This document shows, piece after piece, positions 1 to 17,050 of a DNA stretch of 64,000 nucleotides. The number at the start of each line of letters is the position of its first letter. Within the stretch, counting starts at the first letter, position 1. The translations under genes were made by a program, and so were the position numbers. The notes below the pieces were generated by a model that made no database searches, was not told the DNA's origin, and saw only the letters and a list, made by a program, of their open reading frames with translations. The DNA is from the human T2T-CHM13v2.0 reference genome, Homo sapiens: the NCBI RefSeq assembly GCF_009914755.1, contig NC_060935.1; one strand, given 5' to 3'.

Positions 1-1185
1 CTGCTCCTCCTCACACCACACACCCAATCCTCACACCACACACCTGCTCCTCCTCACATCACACACCCACTCCTCACACCACACAACTGCTCCTCCTCAC
101 ACTACACACCCACTCCTCATGGGACACACCACTCCTCACACCACACACCCTCCTCACACCGCACACCCATCCTCACACCACGCACCCACTCCTCACACCA
201 CACACCCACTCCTCACACCGCACACCTGCTCCTCTTCACACCACACACCCACTCCTCACACCACACACCTGCTCATCCTCACACCACACACCTGATCCTC
301 CTCACACCACACACCCACTCCTCACACCACACACCTGCTCCTCCTCACACTACACACCCATTCCTCACACCACACACCTGCTCCTCTTCACAGCACACAC
401 CGACTCCTCACACCACACACCTGCTCCTCCTCACACCACACACCCACTCCTCACACCACACACCCGCTCCTCACACCACACACCCACTCCTCACACCACA
501 CACCCGCTCCTCACACCACGCACCCACTCCTCACACCGCACACCTGCTCCTCTTCACACCACACACCCACTCCTCACACCGCACACCTGCTCCTCTTCAC
601 ACCACGCACCCACTCCTCACACCACACACCTGCTCCTCCTCACACCACACACCCACTCCTCACACCACACACCTGCTCCTCCTCACACCACACACCCAAT
701 CCTCACACCACACACCTGCTCCTCCTCACATCACACACCCACTCCTCACACCACACACCTGCTCCTCCTCACACTACACACCCACTCCTCATGGGACACA
801 CCACTCCTCACACCACATACTCACTCCTCACACCACACACCTCCTCTTCACACCATACACCCACTCCTCACACCACACACCCACTCCTCACACCACATAC
901 CTGCTCCTCTTTAAACCACACACCTCACTTCTCACACCACACACCTGCACCTCACACCACTCACTCCTCACATCACACACCTGCTCTTCTTCACACCATA
1001 CCCCGCTCCTCCTCACACCACACACCCACTCTTTCTCACACCACACACCCACTCTTTCTCACACCACACACCTGCTTCTCCTCACACCACACACCCACTC
1101 CTTCTCACACCACACACCCACTCTTTCTCACACCACACACCTGCTTCTCCTCACACCACACACCTGCTCCTCACACCACACATCT
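1..1185. repeat. CA-rich minisatellite (20/23-bp units CTCCTCACACCACACACCCA and CTCCTCACACCACACACCTGCTC)
   Basis: Directly visible tandem units; the array runs off the window start. Confidence 0.95.
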
Positions 1186-1407
1186 GGCTCCCATCCCCCT
1201 TGGAGCCCAACCAGCTGTCACCCACATACGCCTGTTGGAGTCTGTGAGAATTCATCTCAATAAACTGTCTCACATCTATATAGTCCCCACTAGATTCTGT
1301 TCTCACTCCTCTTGATCAATGGTTCTCAACCTGAATTTATTTTTTAACCTAAAATATCAGAAAGACACCACATATGCCCTTTGGTGACATTGGCTTGTCA
1401 GGGGCAG

Positions 1408-1899
1408 TGGATTAGTTTTCCGCAGCTGCTGTAACATATAACCACACGTCCAATGGCTCAAAACAAGATAAATTCATTGCCTTACGATTCTGCAGGTCAG
1501 AAGTCTGGTATGGGTCTCACTGGGCTAAAATCAATATGTTAGCAGTGCTGTGTTCCTTCTGGGAGCTATAGAGGAGAATCAGTTTCTGTGTTGTTTCCAG
1601 CTTCTAGAGGCTATTGCATCCCTTGGCCTGTATTTCCACCTCTGCCATCTTCAAAACCAGCAATATCACTTCTCTCTAACCCTTATTCCATCTTCTTGTC
1701 TCTCCCTGATCACAGTTGGGGGAGGGTCTCCACTTGTGAGGACTCAGATGATTTGATTGGACCCACTGAGATAATGCTAATCTCCCATTTCAAGGTCCTT
1801 AACCCAAATCACAACTGTGAAACCTCTTTTGCCATGTAAGCTAACATGTTCACGGGTCAGGATGTGGGCATTTTTGGGACCATTGATCTTTCTGTTACA
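1408..1899 (-). mobile_element. MaLR LTR (MLT1C/D-like)
   Basis: attagttttc..gctgctgtaaca..tcagaagtctg..gggctaaaatcaa..tgttccttctgg resembles antisense MLT1. Confidence 0.7.
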
Positions 1900-2084
1900 G
1901 GCAATAATTCTCAATGAGAAGAGATGGAGGTAGTCAGTAAATGTGTAGACTGACTGCACAGGGAAGGGCACTTCAGGATCTGTGGTCTGCATGTGATTTG
2001 AAAAGCCCTTTAGGAGACCATGCCCTATAACTCCAGGATAACCTGCACCCACCCTGTTCTCCATTTTGACTTTCCATGCCAAGA

Positions 2085-2780
2085 ATATGTGAGTATTTAC
2101 TGAATACTCATTAGAAGTGAGGTACTGTCATAAAGGCTTTTGCAAAGTCACTTTTATGTAAATTTCTTAGGTATTACGTCTTTTAAAAGCAATACAGAAA
2201 CTGAGGATCAGAAAGGTTAAGTGAATTACCTGAGATCACACACTGGCAGATGTGTAATGTGTGGCAGAATTTGGGAATCCAAGTTTGGTTTAATTCCAAG
2301 GCTCTTTCTGTTCAGTCTCCACAAAGTCTTCTACTGGAGTTGACCTTCTGCCTGAGTAGCTTCTTTAGTTTAAATGTCACATTAAGGTCATTATGGGAAC
2401 TTTCTGACTCTTTCTTCCTCCAAATTCTACAGATGTGGTTGCCTCATACATCAGGACCAAACATCAGAGGAACCTGAAGTGACAAGCCCGAGGTACTCAC
2501 AGACAGCCTGTTTCTCTTTAGCATGGGGAATGGAAATCCGAAGACCTGGGTTTGACCCCACTCTATCATTTGCTTGACCTTGCACAAGTTCCTTCATCTC
2601 TCTGTCTTAATTGCACATCCCTAATTGGCCACTTATTACTGTGGGACCCTAGACACAGTTCACTTCACATCCCTAAGTTTTAATTCCTTGCGTGTAAAAT
2701 GGTGGTAACAATAGCCCTGACATCATAGGAATGTTGTGAAGATTAAATATGGATGTGTAGAAAATGTTTAACACAGAGTG
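2085..2780. mobile_element. Two MIR fragments
   Basis: gaaactgaggatcagaaaggttaagtgaattacc (about 2200); gtaaaatggtggtaacaatag..gttgtgaagattaaat (about 2700). Confidence 0.6.
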
Positions 2781-3639
2781 CAAAATAACAGATAAAAATT
2801 ACAGTTCTCTGGCAATTAAATATAAAAAAAAACCTCACAGGATAGGAGCACTTTCTATATTGCTATATTGTTTTACGTTCTTATTTCAAAGCCGTGGGCT
2901 TTAAGGAGGTAATGCACGAAAAGCAATATAGAAAGTGTTGTTCAAACGATTTATTTTATTTTAAAAATCACTTATTTTTAAATAGTCTAGTAATACAAAA
3001 ATACATGCTTATTAAAAAAAAAATTCCAAACTTTCAGAAGTACGGTAAGTAAATGTGAAGTTTTCTAACCCCCTTTCCCCCTACTTCAGTCCCCTCTTCT
3101 AGAGGTAACCAATGTTAACATTTTGAAATGTCTCCATCCAGATATTTTTCTATGGCTTAATGCTCCCAGAGTAAGCTGGTGTATAGCAGACGCAACCAGT
3201 GGCCTTCAATGAAGTCACGGATGGCTGAGACCTGTCACTCTTAGCCATGCTAGTGGTCATCATGCCCCCTGTAAAACCAGCAGAGGGCGCCAAAGTCCAC
3301 TGGGGTATTCGGAGGGTGAACTGTTCGGTCAGATCAACAGTCTTCTTCGAAATAAGAATGTAAAACAAATAGATCCCATTTATCTCATTTAGTAAGGATG
3401 AGCCCAGGTTTTGAACTAGGTAGGTTAGTGGGAGAACTGGACATTAAAGACTTGGCCAAAGCTCATTAAAATGAATAGTTTGCTTTAGGTGAGAATGCAG
3501 AATGAGAAACTCCACAGTGGTCACAATGTTCCTAAGCACATTATTTTGTCCTCTGTTAACAGATCTTAATGCCAGGTTGTGGGTGGCAGTTTTAGCTTAC
3601 TTGATAAGGGCTATCACATTCTAAGTGTCAGTTCACCAA

Positions 3640-6600
3640 CAATGGCCATCCAGGCGGTGGCTAGCTTCCCGCTCTCACAAATAGTTCTGTATTGGCTGTC
3701 CTACAAGTCTCCTGGGGATCACAGTCAGAATGAATACTTACAAGTGGGACTACTGGGGTTAGAATACAGGTATTCTTATGATACAGCCAGATTTTGCTTC
3801 ACAATGGTTGCACCAATTAACAGTTCTGCCCGCTGTAAATAAGGGTTCATATTCCCCATGTTTTTATCAGCACTTAATATAACCAGAACTTCTAATTTCT
3901 GCCATTTTTGGTAGGTATAAGTAGGTATCTTTTTTACATTGGTATTCCGTTGATTACTAGTAAGATTGGATATCTCTTTATATGCTGTCAGCTACCCAGA
4001 TTTCCCCTTCTAATAATAGCCAACTTATTTCCATGCCTGCATTTCTACTGGATTTCTTACCTTTTTCATGTTGATTTAAAAGAATTTCTTCTCTGAACCA
4101 CCTATTAATCTTTCCTTAGTTTCATATGTTGCAGACACTTTCTCTGTTTCTCATTTAATATAATTCTTTAATTTCAATGTAATCAAAACTATCAGCTTTG
4201 CCCGTTATGAGTTATGCTTTTTTGGTGTTATTTGAGATATTCTTCCCCACATTATGATGGTCAAAATATTCTCCTATGTATTTTGTTGAATTAGTTCTAC
4301 CTTTCATATTGAAGTCTTTAACCAATTCAAAGTATACTTTTGTGCATGGTCTGCATCAGAAAGAATAAGCAAAATTACACTTTGGTAATAGGCCCTGCAT
4401 CCTTTAGTCTTATAAGACAGCTCAGATTTATTTCTTGCTTGTGCTATGTGTCAATTATGGTTTGACAGAGGACCTCTGTGTATGGCAGTGACCCAGTTTC
4501 ACAGACCTCCAGAGAAGCTGTGATCTTGAATTCTCTCTGTCATGTTGGTTGAAAAAAGATTTCTAAAGGGTTTTGCACAAGCAATGAAATGTTCCAGCCC
4601 AGAACCAAGCACAAGTCATAGTCCAGAACTAGTCATGTGGTCCCATCCCACTGCAAGGAGGCTAAGGAGTGTAATTCTTCCATGTGCCCAGTAGCTGGAA
4701 CTCCACAGTGAAGAGTATCTGTTACTTGCACTTGCTGGGATACAGAATTCATCTTTATTTTTTCCATGTAGTGCCTCCAAACAACTATTTGAGGATTCAT
4801 TCTTTTTTTTCTTCTAATTTGTAGTACCACCCCTATCATACCAAAAGCATGTTTCTGGACTTGTATTTAGTTCCATTAGCTTATGTCTCTGCTCCTGCGT
4901 AAGTTTTGCACCACTGGGGTCACAGAGGTTTTGTAAAATGTCTTAATATTTGGTGGGACTCTCTCCTTCTTTGTTCTTTGTCAAAATTCTTAGCTCCTAG
5001 TGTGTATTTTTTTTTTTATAAATAAAAGCCTTGCAATCAATTTTCCTTTCCCAAATACTGCCATTGGAATTTAGTTAAAATTGCTTCCCATTTACAAATT
5101 AATTTTGGAAAAATTGTCATCTTTAGAGTATTAGGTCATTCCATACATGAAGATCATATTCTATTTTTCTTATATGTCTGTAATAGAGTCTTAAATTCTC
5201 ATTTTTAAGGGGTTGTTCTGTCTTTGCTATGTTATTTCCTAAAGAGGTAATTGATTTTGCTGTGGCTATTAATATTTTGTTTTCTATGTTTGATCTACTT
5301 GTTTATTGTGCATATATTAGACATGTAAATGATTTTGATGTGTTGATGTACTTGGAAACATTACAATTTTTCTCATCTTAAGAGTTTTGATTCTTTTGAG
5401 GTTTTCTATGTAAATTATCAAATTATCTACAAATAATTATAATTTGGACTCTTCCCTTTTGATCTTTATAACTGTTGATATTTTCCTCATTTTAATTTTT
5501 TTTTTTTTTTTGTAGTAATGAGGTCTTACTGATGTTGCCCAGGCTGGTCTTGTAATCCTGGGCTCAAGCAATCCTCCTGCCTCAGTCTCCCAAAGGGCTG
5601 GGATTACAGGCATGATTCACTGTTCATGGCCTCATTTCAGTTTTTGACAGGATATCCAGGACTATATTAAACGAATATCAGTGATAGCAGGCATCCTTCT
5701 CTTATTCCCAGTATTAATAAGAAAGTACCTAAAGTTGCTCCCTATGTGCTATATGGTGATGGTGGAATATGTCCTCTGTTTTCTCTGAAAGAGTTTGTGT
5801 AAGATTGGAATGATCTATTCCTTGACATGGATCTTTTGGCAAAACAAACCAATAAAACCATCTAAGCTTAATGTTTTCTTTGTGGGAAGATATTTAAACC
5901 ATTAAACATTATTTTATAGTTATAGAATAATTAAGACTTCCTTTTGCTGTTAATTTCTTTTTTCTTTATATATTTTTGAGATACTATTGACATATAGTGA
6001 AGTACACAAGTCTTAACTACACTGTTCGGTGAGTTTTGACAAATGTATAAGCCAATGTATCCCATACCTCATGAAGGAAGAGAACATTTCCATCATCTGA
6101 GTTCTCTGAGTTCTTTCTTGGTCAAACACAGTCCCTCCTCAGTGTCAATCACTGTTCTGATTTCATTTCCTATATATTACTTTTTATAATCTTAAAGTTC
6201 ATATAATGGAATCAAAAGTATATATTAGCTTCTGTGCCTGGCTTCTTTTGCCTAGAATGATGTCTCTTAGGATAAGAGAGACATTTTAATGGTTTTCAGT
6301 TTAATCCATGTTGTTGTATATAGTACTAGTGGTAATATTCTATTGTATGAATATGCCACTATTTTCAGATTTGGACTATCAAGAATAAAGCTGTTATGAA
6401 TTCTTGAGCAAGCTTTTTTGGGGTATTTATGTTTTCATTTATCTTGGGCAAATATGTAGAAGTCATAGGGTGAATAAATATTGAACTGTGAGCAATTTGA
6501 TATTGTATGAGCCTTCCAGATGTTCTAGCTCCTCATCAATGTTTGGTGTTGTCAGTCTTATTAACATTAATGATTTTAGTGGATTTTTTTTAGTGGTGCC

Positions 6601-6775
6601 TTATAAGAATTTTATTTTCTCGATAACTAATAATGTTAAGTACTTTTTAAATGTGTTTATTGGCCATATATATGTCTTTGTGAAGAGTCTGATTAAAACT
6701 CCCATGCATTTTTAATTGCATGTGTCACTTTATTATTAATATCTTAGATTTCTTATATATTCTGAATAAAACTCC
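3640..6775 (-). mobile_element. Old L1M/L1ME fragments interleaved with an MLT1-like piece (about 4350-4730) and a FLAM
   Basis: T-rich degenerate antisense L1 ORF2/3'UTR motifs. Confidence 0.55.
5496..5631 (-). mobile_element. FLAM / Alu left monomer
   Basis: polyT then gttgcccaggctggtc..ctcccaaagggctgggattacaggc. Confidence 0.85.
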
Positions 6776-7252
6776 TGCAGGGTTCCCCAGTTCCCCTCAC
6801 TTTTTTTTTCTGTGTCCTGACCAAAAATCAGAGTGCCTTGACCACGCTGTGACCTTGCCAGCTGTAAGGTTTTCCCAGCAGTCTTGAAACCAAACCAGGA
6901 ACTTGAAAATTCCCTGGTAGTGATAAAGATATCTAGGTTTACTAGAAAGAAACTGGCCCTGGCCCTGAACCAAATCTTTAAATCCTCATATAGACATATT
7001 ACCCCCTAGATGAAGACATATCTATGTAGGACACCCCTCTACCGTGATTGTTCTTTGAGAGGATACACCAAAGAACTCTGTAAGTAAATACCCCTAATAA
7101 ATGTGTTGTCCTTCTCACCCTGGCATTTAGTGCTTCCTTCTTTGGAATCTCAGCTGGCCCCATCTGGAGACAGTCTTGGGCACTTCCTTGCAGGAATTCC
7201 CTTGCTGCCACTTTTGGGGCGACTCCAGTCATGAGTTCAGCAGGATGAAACA
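6776..7252 (+). mobile_element. Solo ERV LTR (477 bp) inserted into an old L1
   Basis: TG...CA termini, internal AATAAA near 7095, 5-bp TSD ACTCC/AGTCC (6771-6775, 7253-7257); family not firmly assigned. Confidence 0.75.
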
Positions 7253-7761
7253 AGTCCTTTGACAGATATGGTTATTACAAATGCATACTTCCCCTGAGAT
7301 CTTATATTTCCATGGGACTATCAGTCTCCCTGAAATCTCAAGGCAGAGTGCTTATTGGCAAAGTCTAAACACAACCACTCTGATTTCTCATATTCATTGG
7401 TGGATTTTCTCCCCAGGAACCCATCAGAAACTTGGTCTTAGGCTCTGAGCATTTCTGGGGGCTGCTGCAATGTCTGTAATATTCTAGCCTCTGCACTAAT
7501 GAAGACGAAGCCAAGAAATTTTTCAGGAGCTGGTCAAACTGACTATATACCTTTTTATTAACTTTCCATCTTTTCTGGAATCCAGCATCAATTCTGTGTT
7601 AATTTATTTAAAAACTTTTATTAAGTACTTACTTGGATTTTGCATTATATTAGTAAAATAAACAGACAAAACAATAATACATAGCAAATCCCCCACCCCT
7701 CTCCCTGCCACACATCCTGATGGAGCTTCCACTGTAGCAGGGGAAGACAGGCAATAAATAG

Positions 7762-8700
7762 TAAAATGACAGGCCCACAGCTAGTACCATACTGAATGGG
7801 GCAAAACTGAAAGCCTTTTCTCTTAGATCTGGAACATGACAAGGATACCCACTTTCACCACTGTTATTCAACATGGTACCAGAAGTCTTAGCTAGAGCAA
7901 TCATACAAGAAAAAGATATAGAGTATCTAAGTTGCAAAGGAAGAAGTTGAATTATTCTTGTTTGCAGATGATTTAATCTTATATTTGGAAAAATCTAAAG
8001 ACTCCACCAAAAAACTATTAGATCTGATAAATTCAGTAAAGTTGCAGGATGCAAAATCAACATACATAATTCAGTACCATTTCTGTGGGACGACAGTGAA
8101 CAAACTGAAAAAGAAATGAAAAAGCAGTCCTATGTACAGTAGTCACAAAACTAAATCCTAGGAATTACTGAAAGATCTCTGTAATGAAAACCATAAAACA
8201 CTGATGAAAGAAATTGAAGAGGACACCAAGAAATGGAAAAATATTCCATGTTCATTGATTGGAATAGTCAATATTGTTAAAATGTCCGTACTACCTAAAG
8301 CAATCTACAGATTCAATACAGTCCCTATGAACACAACAATGACATTCTTCACAGAAATAGAAAAAAAAATCCTAGAATTTATTTGGAACCACACACACAA
8401 AACCCAGAATAGCCAAAGCTATCTTAAGCAAAAAGAGCAAAACTGGAGGAATCACATTACCTGACTTCAAATTATACTACAGAACTATAGTAACCAAAAC
8501 AGCATGATACTGGCATAAAAACAGACACATAGACGAATGGAATAAAATAGCCCAGAAATACAAATAAATACACACAGCTACAATGAACCATTTTCAACAA
8601 ATATGCTAAGAACATACATGGGGGAAGAGATAGTCTCTTCAATAAATGTTGTTGAAAAAACTGAATATCCATATGCAGAGGAATGAAACTAGACCCCTAT
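7762..8700 (+). mobile_element. L1MA-type ORF2 fragment (sense)
   Basis: ORF 8204-8464 [20 protein letters not shown] is L1 ORF2. Confidence 0.85.
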
Positions 8701-11266
8701 CTTTCCCCAGTGTATGTTCTTGGCACCTTTGTCAAAAGCAAGTTTACTGTAGATTCATGGATTTACTTCTGGATTCTTTATTTTGTTCCATTAGTCTATG
8801 TGTCTGTTTTTATGCCAGTACCATGCTGTTTTGTTTACCATAGTGTGTAGTATAATTTGAAGTCAGGTAATGTGATTCTTCCATTTTTGTTCTTTTTGCT
8901 CAGGATAGCTTTGGCTACTCTGGGTATTTTATGGCTTTGTATAAATTTAATATTGCTTTTTCTATTTCTGTGAAGAATGTCATTGGCATTTTGACAGGAA
9001 TTACGTTAAATCTGTAGATTGCTTTGGGTAGCAAGGATATTTTAATGATGTGGATTCTTCCAATCCATGAACATGAAATATCTTTCCATTATTTGGTGTC
9101 CTTCTCAATTTCTTGCATAAATGTTTCATGGTTTTCATTGTAGAGATTTTTCACTTATTCGATTAAGTTTATTTCTAGATATTTTATTTTATTTGTAGCT
9201 ATTGTAAATGGGATTGCTTTCTTGATTTCTTTTTTAGATTGTTTGCAGTTCACATATAGAAATGCTGTCGATATTTGTATGTTGATTTTTTATCCTGCAA
9301 CTTTGCTGCATTTGTTTATCAGTTCTAATAAGTTTTTTGGTGGCGTTTTTAGGTTTTTCCAAATATAAAATTTTATATTCTGCAAACAAGGATAATTTTA
9401 CTTTTTCCTTTCAAATTTGGATGCCTTTTATATCCTTCTCTTGTCTTGTTGCTCTAGCTTCCTTCTTAATTTCTTCATTGACTCACTGGTCATTCAGGAG
9501 GATATTGTTTAATTTCCATGTGTTTGTATAGTTTCTAAGGACTTCCAGTACTATGTTGAATAACAATGGTGAAAGTGGTCATCCTTGTTTTTTTCCAGAT
9601 CTTAGAGGAAAGGCTTCCAGTTTTCCCCATTCAGTAATGTCACCCAGTAGCTGTATGTCATATAGGACTTTTATTGGGTTCAGGTATGTTCCTTCTGTAC
9701 CCAGTTGTTTGAGAATTGTTAACATGAAGTGATGTTGAATTTTATCAATGCTTTTTCAGCGTTAATTAAAAAAATTATATGATTTTTATCCTTCATTCTG
9801 TTGATATGATGTATCACAGTGATTAATTTGTGTATGCTGACCCATTCTTGCATACCTAAGATAAATCCCATTTGGTCATGATGAATTATCTTTTCACTGT
9901 GTTGTTGAACCCACTTTGCTAGAATTTTGTTGAGGATTTTTGTGTCAATGTTTATCAAGAATATTGGCCTGTAGTTTCTTTCTTTGACGTGTCTTTTTCT
10001 GGTTGTGGTATCAAGGTAATATTGTCCTCATGGAATGAGTTTGATAGTATTCCCTCTTCCTTTATTTTTGGAATAGTGTGAGTAGAATTGGTGTTAGTTC
10101 TTCTTTAAATGTTTGGTAGAATTCAGCAGTGAAGGCTTTGGGTCCTGAGCTTTTCTTTGCTGGGGGACATTTATTAAGTTTCAATCTCATTACTTGTTAT
10201 TGGCCTATTCGAATTTTGGATTTCTTCATGGTTCAATCTTGGTGGGTTGTATGTGTCTAGAAATTTATCCATTTCTTTTAGGTTTTCCAATTTGTTGGCA
10301 TATAGTTGCTCATAGTAGCCTCTAATGATCTTTTTCTGCAGTATTGGTTTTAATGTCTCCTTTTTCATATCTAATTTTACTTACTTGGGTCTTCTCCCTT
10401 TTTTCTTAGTTAACTGGGCAAAAGATTTGTTGCTTTTGTTTATGTTTTCAAAAAGCCAACTTCTTGTTTTGTTGATCTTTTGTATTTTTTTGTTTTAATT
10501 TCATTTATTTCTGTTCTGATCTTTATTATTTCTTTTCTTCTATTAATTTTGGGTCTGATTTGCTCCTGCTTTTTTAGTTTTTTAAGAGGCATTATTATGT
10601 TATTTATTTGAAGTTTTTATACTTTTTTGATGTAAGCACTTACTGCTATAATCTTTTCTCTTAGTACTGCTTCACTGTATCCCATAGGTTTTGCTATTTT
10701 GTATTTCCACTTTGATTTGTTACAAGAAATGTTTTCATTTCTTTCTTAATTTCTTTATTGACTCACTGGTCATTCAGGAGGATATTGTTTAATTTCCATG
10801 TGTTTGTATAGTTTCCAAAATTCCTTGTTATTGATTTCTAGTTTTATTCCATTGTGATCAGAAAAGACACTTGATATTATTTCAGTTTTTTTTTTTTTTG
10901 AATTTTATAGACTTGTTTTATGGTGTAACATATGATCTATCCTTGGGAATGATCCATGTGCTGAGGAGAAGAGTGTGTATTCTGTACCTGTTGGATGAAA
11001 TGTTCTGTAAATATCTATTAGATCCATTTGGTCTATACTGCATTAATTCCAATGTTTCTTTGTTAATTTTCTGTCTGGAAGATCTGTCCCATAGCATATA
11101 GAAGTCTCCAGCTATTAATGTGTTAGGGTCTATCTATCTTTTTAGCTTTAATAATATTTGCTTTATATATTTGGGTGCTCCAGTATTTTATGCATATATA
11201 TTGACAATTGCTATGCACTCTTGCTGAATTGACCACTTTATTACCTTAATGACTTTGTCTCTTTTT
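8701..11266 (-). mobile_element. Older L1 (L1MA/L1M-type), ORF2 portion, 3' of the L1PA insertion point
   Basis: ORFs 9719-9958 and 10174-10368 are degraded L1 ORF2. Confidence 0.85.
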
Positions 11267-11478
11267 TTTAATTATTATACTTTAAGTTCTAGGGTACATG
11301 TGCACATTGTGCAGGTTAGTTACATATGTATACATGTGCCATGCTGGTGCACTGCACCCACTAACACGTCATCTAGCATTAGGTATATCTCCCAATGCTA
11401 TCCCTCCCCCCTCCCCCCACGCCACAACAGTCCCCAGAGTGTGATGTTCCCCTTCCTGTGTCCATGTGCTCTCATTGT

Positions 11479-15329
<3,851 letters not shown>

Positions 15330-15368
15330 TCATTAGCTGATGCAGTTTCTTCCTAGTCTTGATGGTCT

Positions 15369-16379
15369 TTACGTTTTGGCATGATTTTGCAGCAGCTGGT
15401 TCCGGTTGTTCCTTTCCATGTTTAGCGCTTCCTTCAGGAGCTCTTTTAGGGCAGGCCTAGTGGTGACAAAATCTCTCAGCATTTGCTTTTCTGTAAAGTA
15501 TTTTATTTCTCCTTTGCTTATGAAGCTTAGTTTGGCTGGATATGAAATTCTGGGTTGAAAATTCTTTAAGAATGTGGAATATTGGCCCCCACTCTCTTCT
15601 GGCTTGTAGGGTTTCTGCCGAGAGATCTGCTGTTAGTCTGATGGGCTTCCCTTTGAGGGTAACCCGACCTTTCTCTCTGGCTGCCCTTAACATTTTTTCC
15701 TTCATTTCAACTTTGGTGTATCTGACAATTATGTGTCTTGGAGTTGCTCTTCTCGAGGAGTATCTTTGTGGCATTCCCTGTATTTCCTGAATCTGAACGT
15801 TGGCCTGCCTTGCTAGATTGGGGAAGTTCTCCTGGATAATATCCTGCAGAGTGTTTTCCAACTTGGTTCCATTCTCCCTGTCACTTTCAGGTACATCAAT
15901 CAGACGTAGATTTGGTCTTTTCACATAGTCCCATATTTCTTGGAGGCTTTGCTCATTTCTTTTTATTCTTTTTTCTCTAAACTTCCCTTCTCACTTCATT
16001 TCATTCATTTCATCTTCCATCGTTGATACCCTTTCTTCCAGTTGATCACATTGGCTCCTGAGGCTTCTGCATTCTTCACGTAGTTCTCGAGCCTTGGTTT
16101 TCAGCTCCATCAGCTCCTTTAAGCACTTCTCTGTATTGGTTATTCTAGTTATACATTCTTCTAAATTTTTTTCAAAGTTTTCAACTTCTTTGCCTTTGGT
16201 TTGAATGTCCTCCCGTAGCTCAGAGTAATTTGATCATCTGAAGCCTTCTTCTCTCAGCTTGTCAAAGTCATTCTCCATCCAGCTTTGTTCTGTTGCTGGT
16301 GAGGAACTGCATTCCTTTGGAGGAGGAGAGGCGCTCTGCTTTTTGAGTTTCCAGTTTTTCTGTTCTGTTTTTTCCCCAT
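15369..16379 (-). pseudogene. L1 ORF1, disrupted
   Basis: ATG at 16379-16377; premature TGA at 15991-15993 (MK*EGKF); frameshifting deletion near 15565 (ILKE/FSTQ); native TAA at 15371-15369. Confidence 0.88.
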
Positions 16380-16834
16380 CTTTGTGGTTTTATCTACTTT
16401 TGGTCTTTGATGATGGTGATGTACAGATGGGTTTTTGGTGTGGATGTCCTTTCTGTTTGTTAGTTTTCCTTCTAACAGACAGGACCCTCAGCTGCAGGTC
16501 TGTTGGAATACCCTGCCGTGTGAGGTGTCAGTATGCCCCTGCTGGGGGGTGCCTCCCGGTTAGGCTGCTCGGGGGTCAGGGGTCAGGGACCCACTTGAGG
16601 AGGCAGTCTGCCCATTCTCAGATCTCCAGCTGCGTGCTGGGAGAACCACTGCTCTCTTCAAAGCTGTCAGACAGGGACATTTAAGTCTGCAGAGGTTACT
16701 GCTGTCTTTTTGTTTGAGTGTGCCCTGCCCTCAGAGGTGGAGCCTACAGAGGCAGGCAGGCCTCCTTGAGCTGTGGTGGGCTCCACCCAGTTCGAGCTTC
16801 CCAGCTGCTTTGTTTACCTAAGCAAGCCTGGGCA

Positions 16835-17050
16835 ATGGCGGGCGCCACTCCCCCAGCCTCGCTGCCGCCTTGCAATTTGATCTCAGACTGCTGTGCTAGC
16901 AATCAGCGAGACTCCGTGGGCGTAGGACCCTCCGACCCAGGTGCCGGATATAATCTCGTGGTGCGCTGTTTTTTAATCCGGTTGGAAAAGTGCAGTATTC
17001 GGGTGGGGGTGACTCGATTTTCCAGGTGCGTCCGTCACCCCTTTCTTTGA
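16835..17050 (+). CDS. L1 ORF0 (71 aa, antisense ORF in the L1 5'UTR), intact
   Basis: MAGATPPASLPPCNLISDCCASNQRDSVGVGPSDPGAGYNLVVRCFLIRLEKCSIRVGVTRFSRCVRHPFL*; ATG in GCAATGG context; donor-like CAG|GT at 16940/16941 and 17025/17026. Confidence 0.7.
   Translation: MAGATPPASLPPCNLISDCCASNQRDSVGVGPSDPGAGYNLVVRCFLIRLEKCSIRVGVTRFSRCVRHPFL

Noticed and set aside
1-1185. CRISPR-like array
   Set aside because: Units are contiguous with no unique spacers, there are no cas genes, and the context is eukaryotic.
791-1315. 174-aa His/Thr/Pro-rich ORF
   Set aside because: It is a translation of the CA-rich minisatellite, which lacks stops because of its composition; there is no gene structure.
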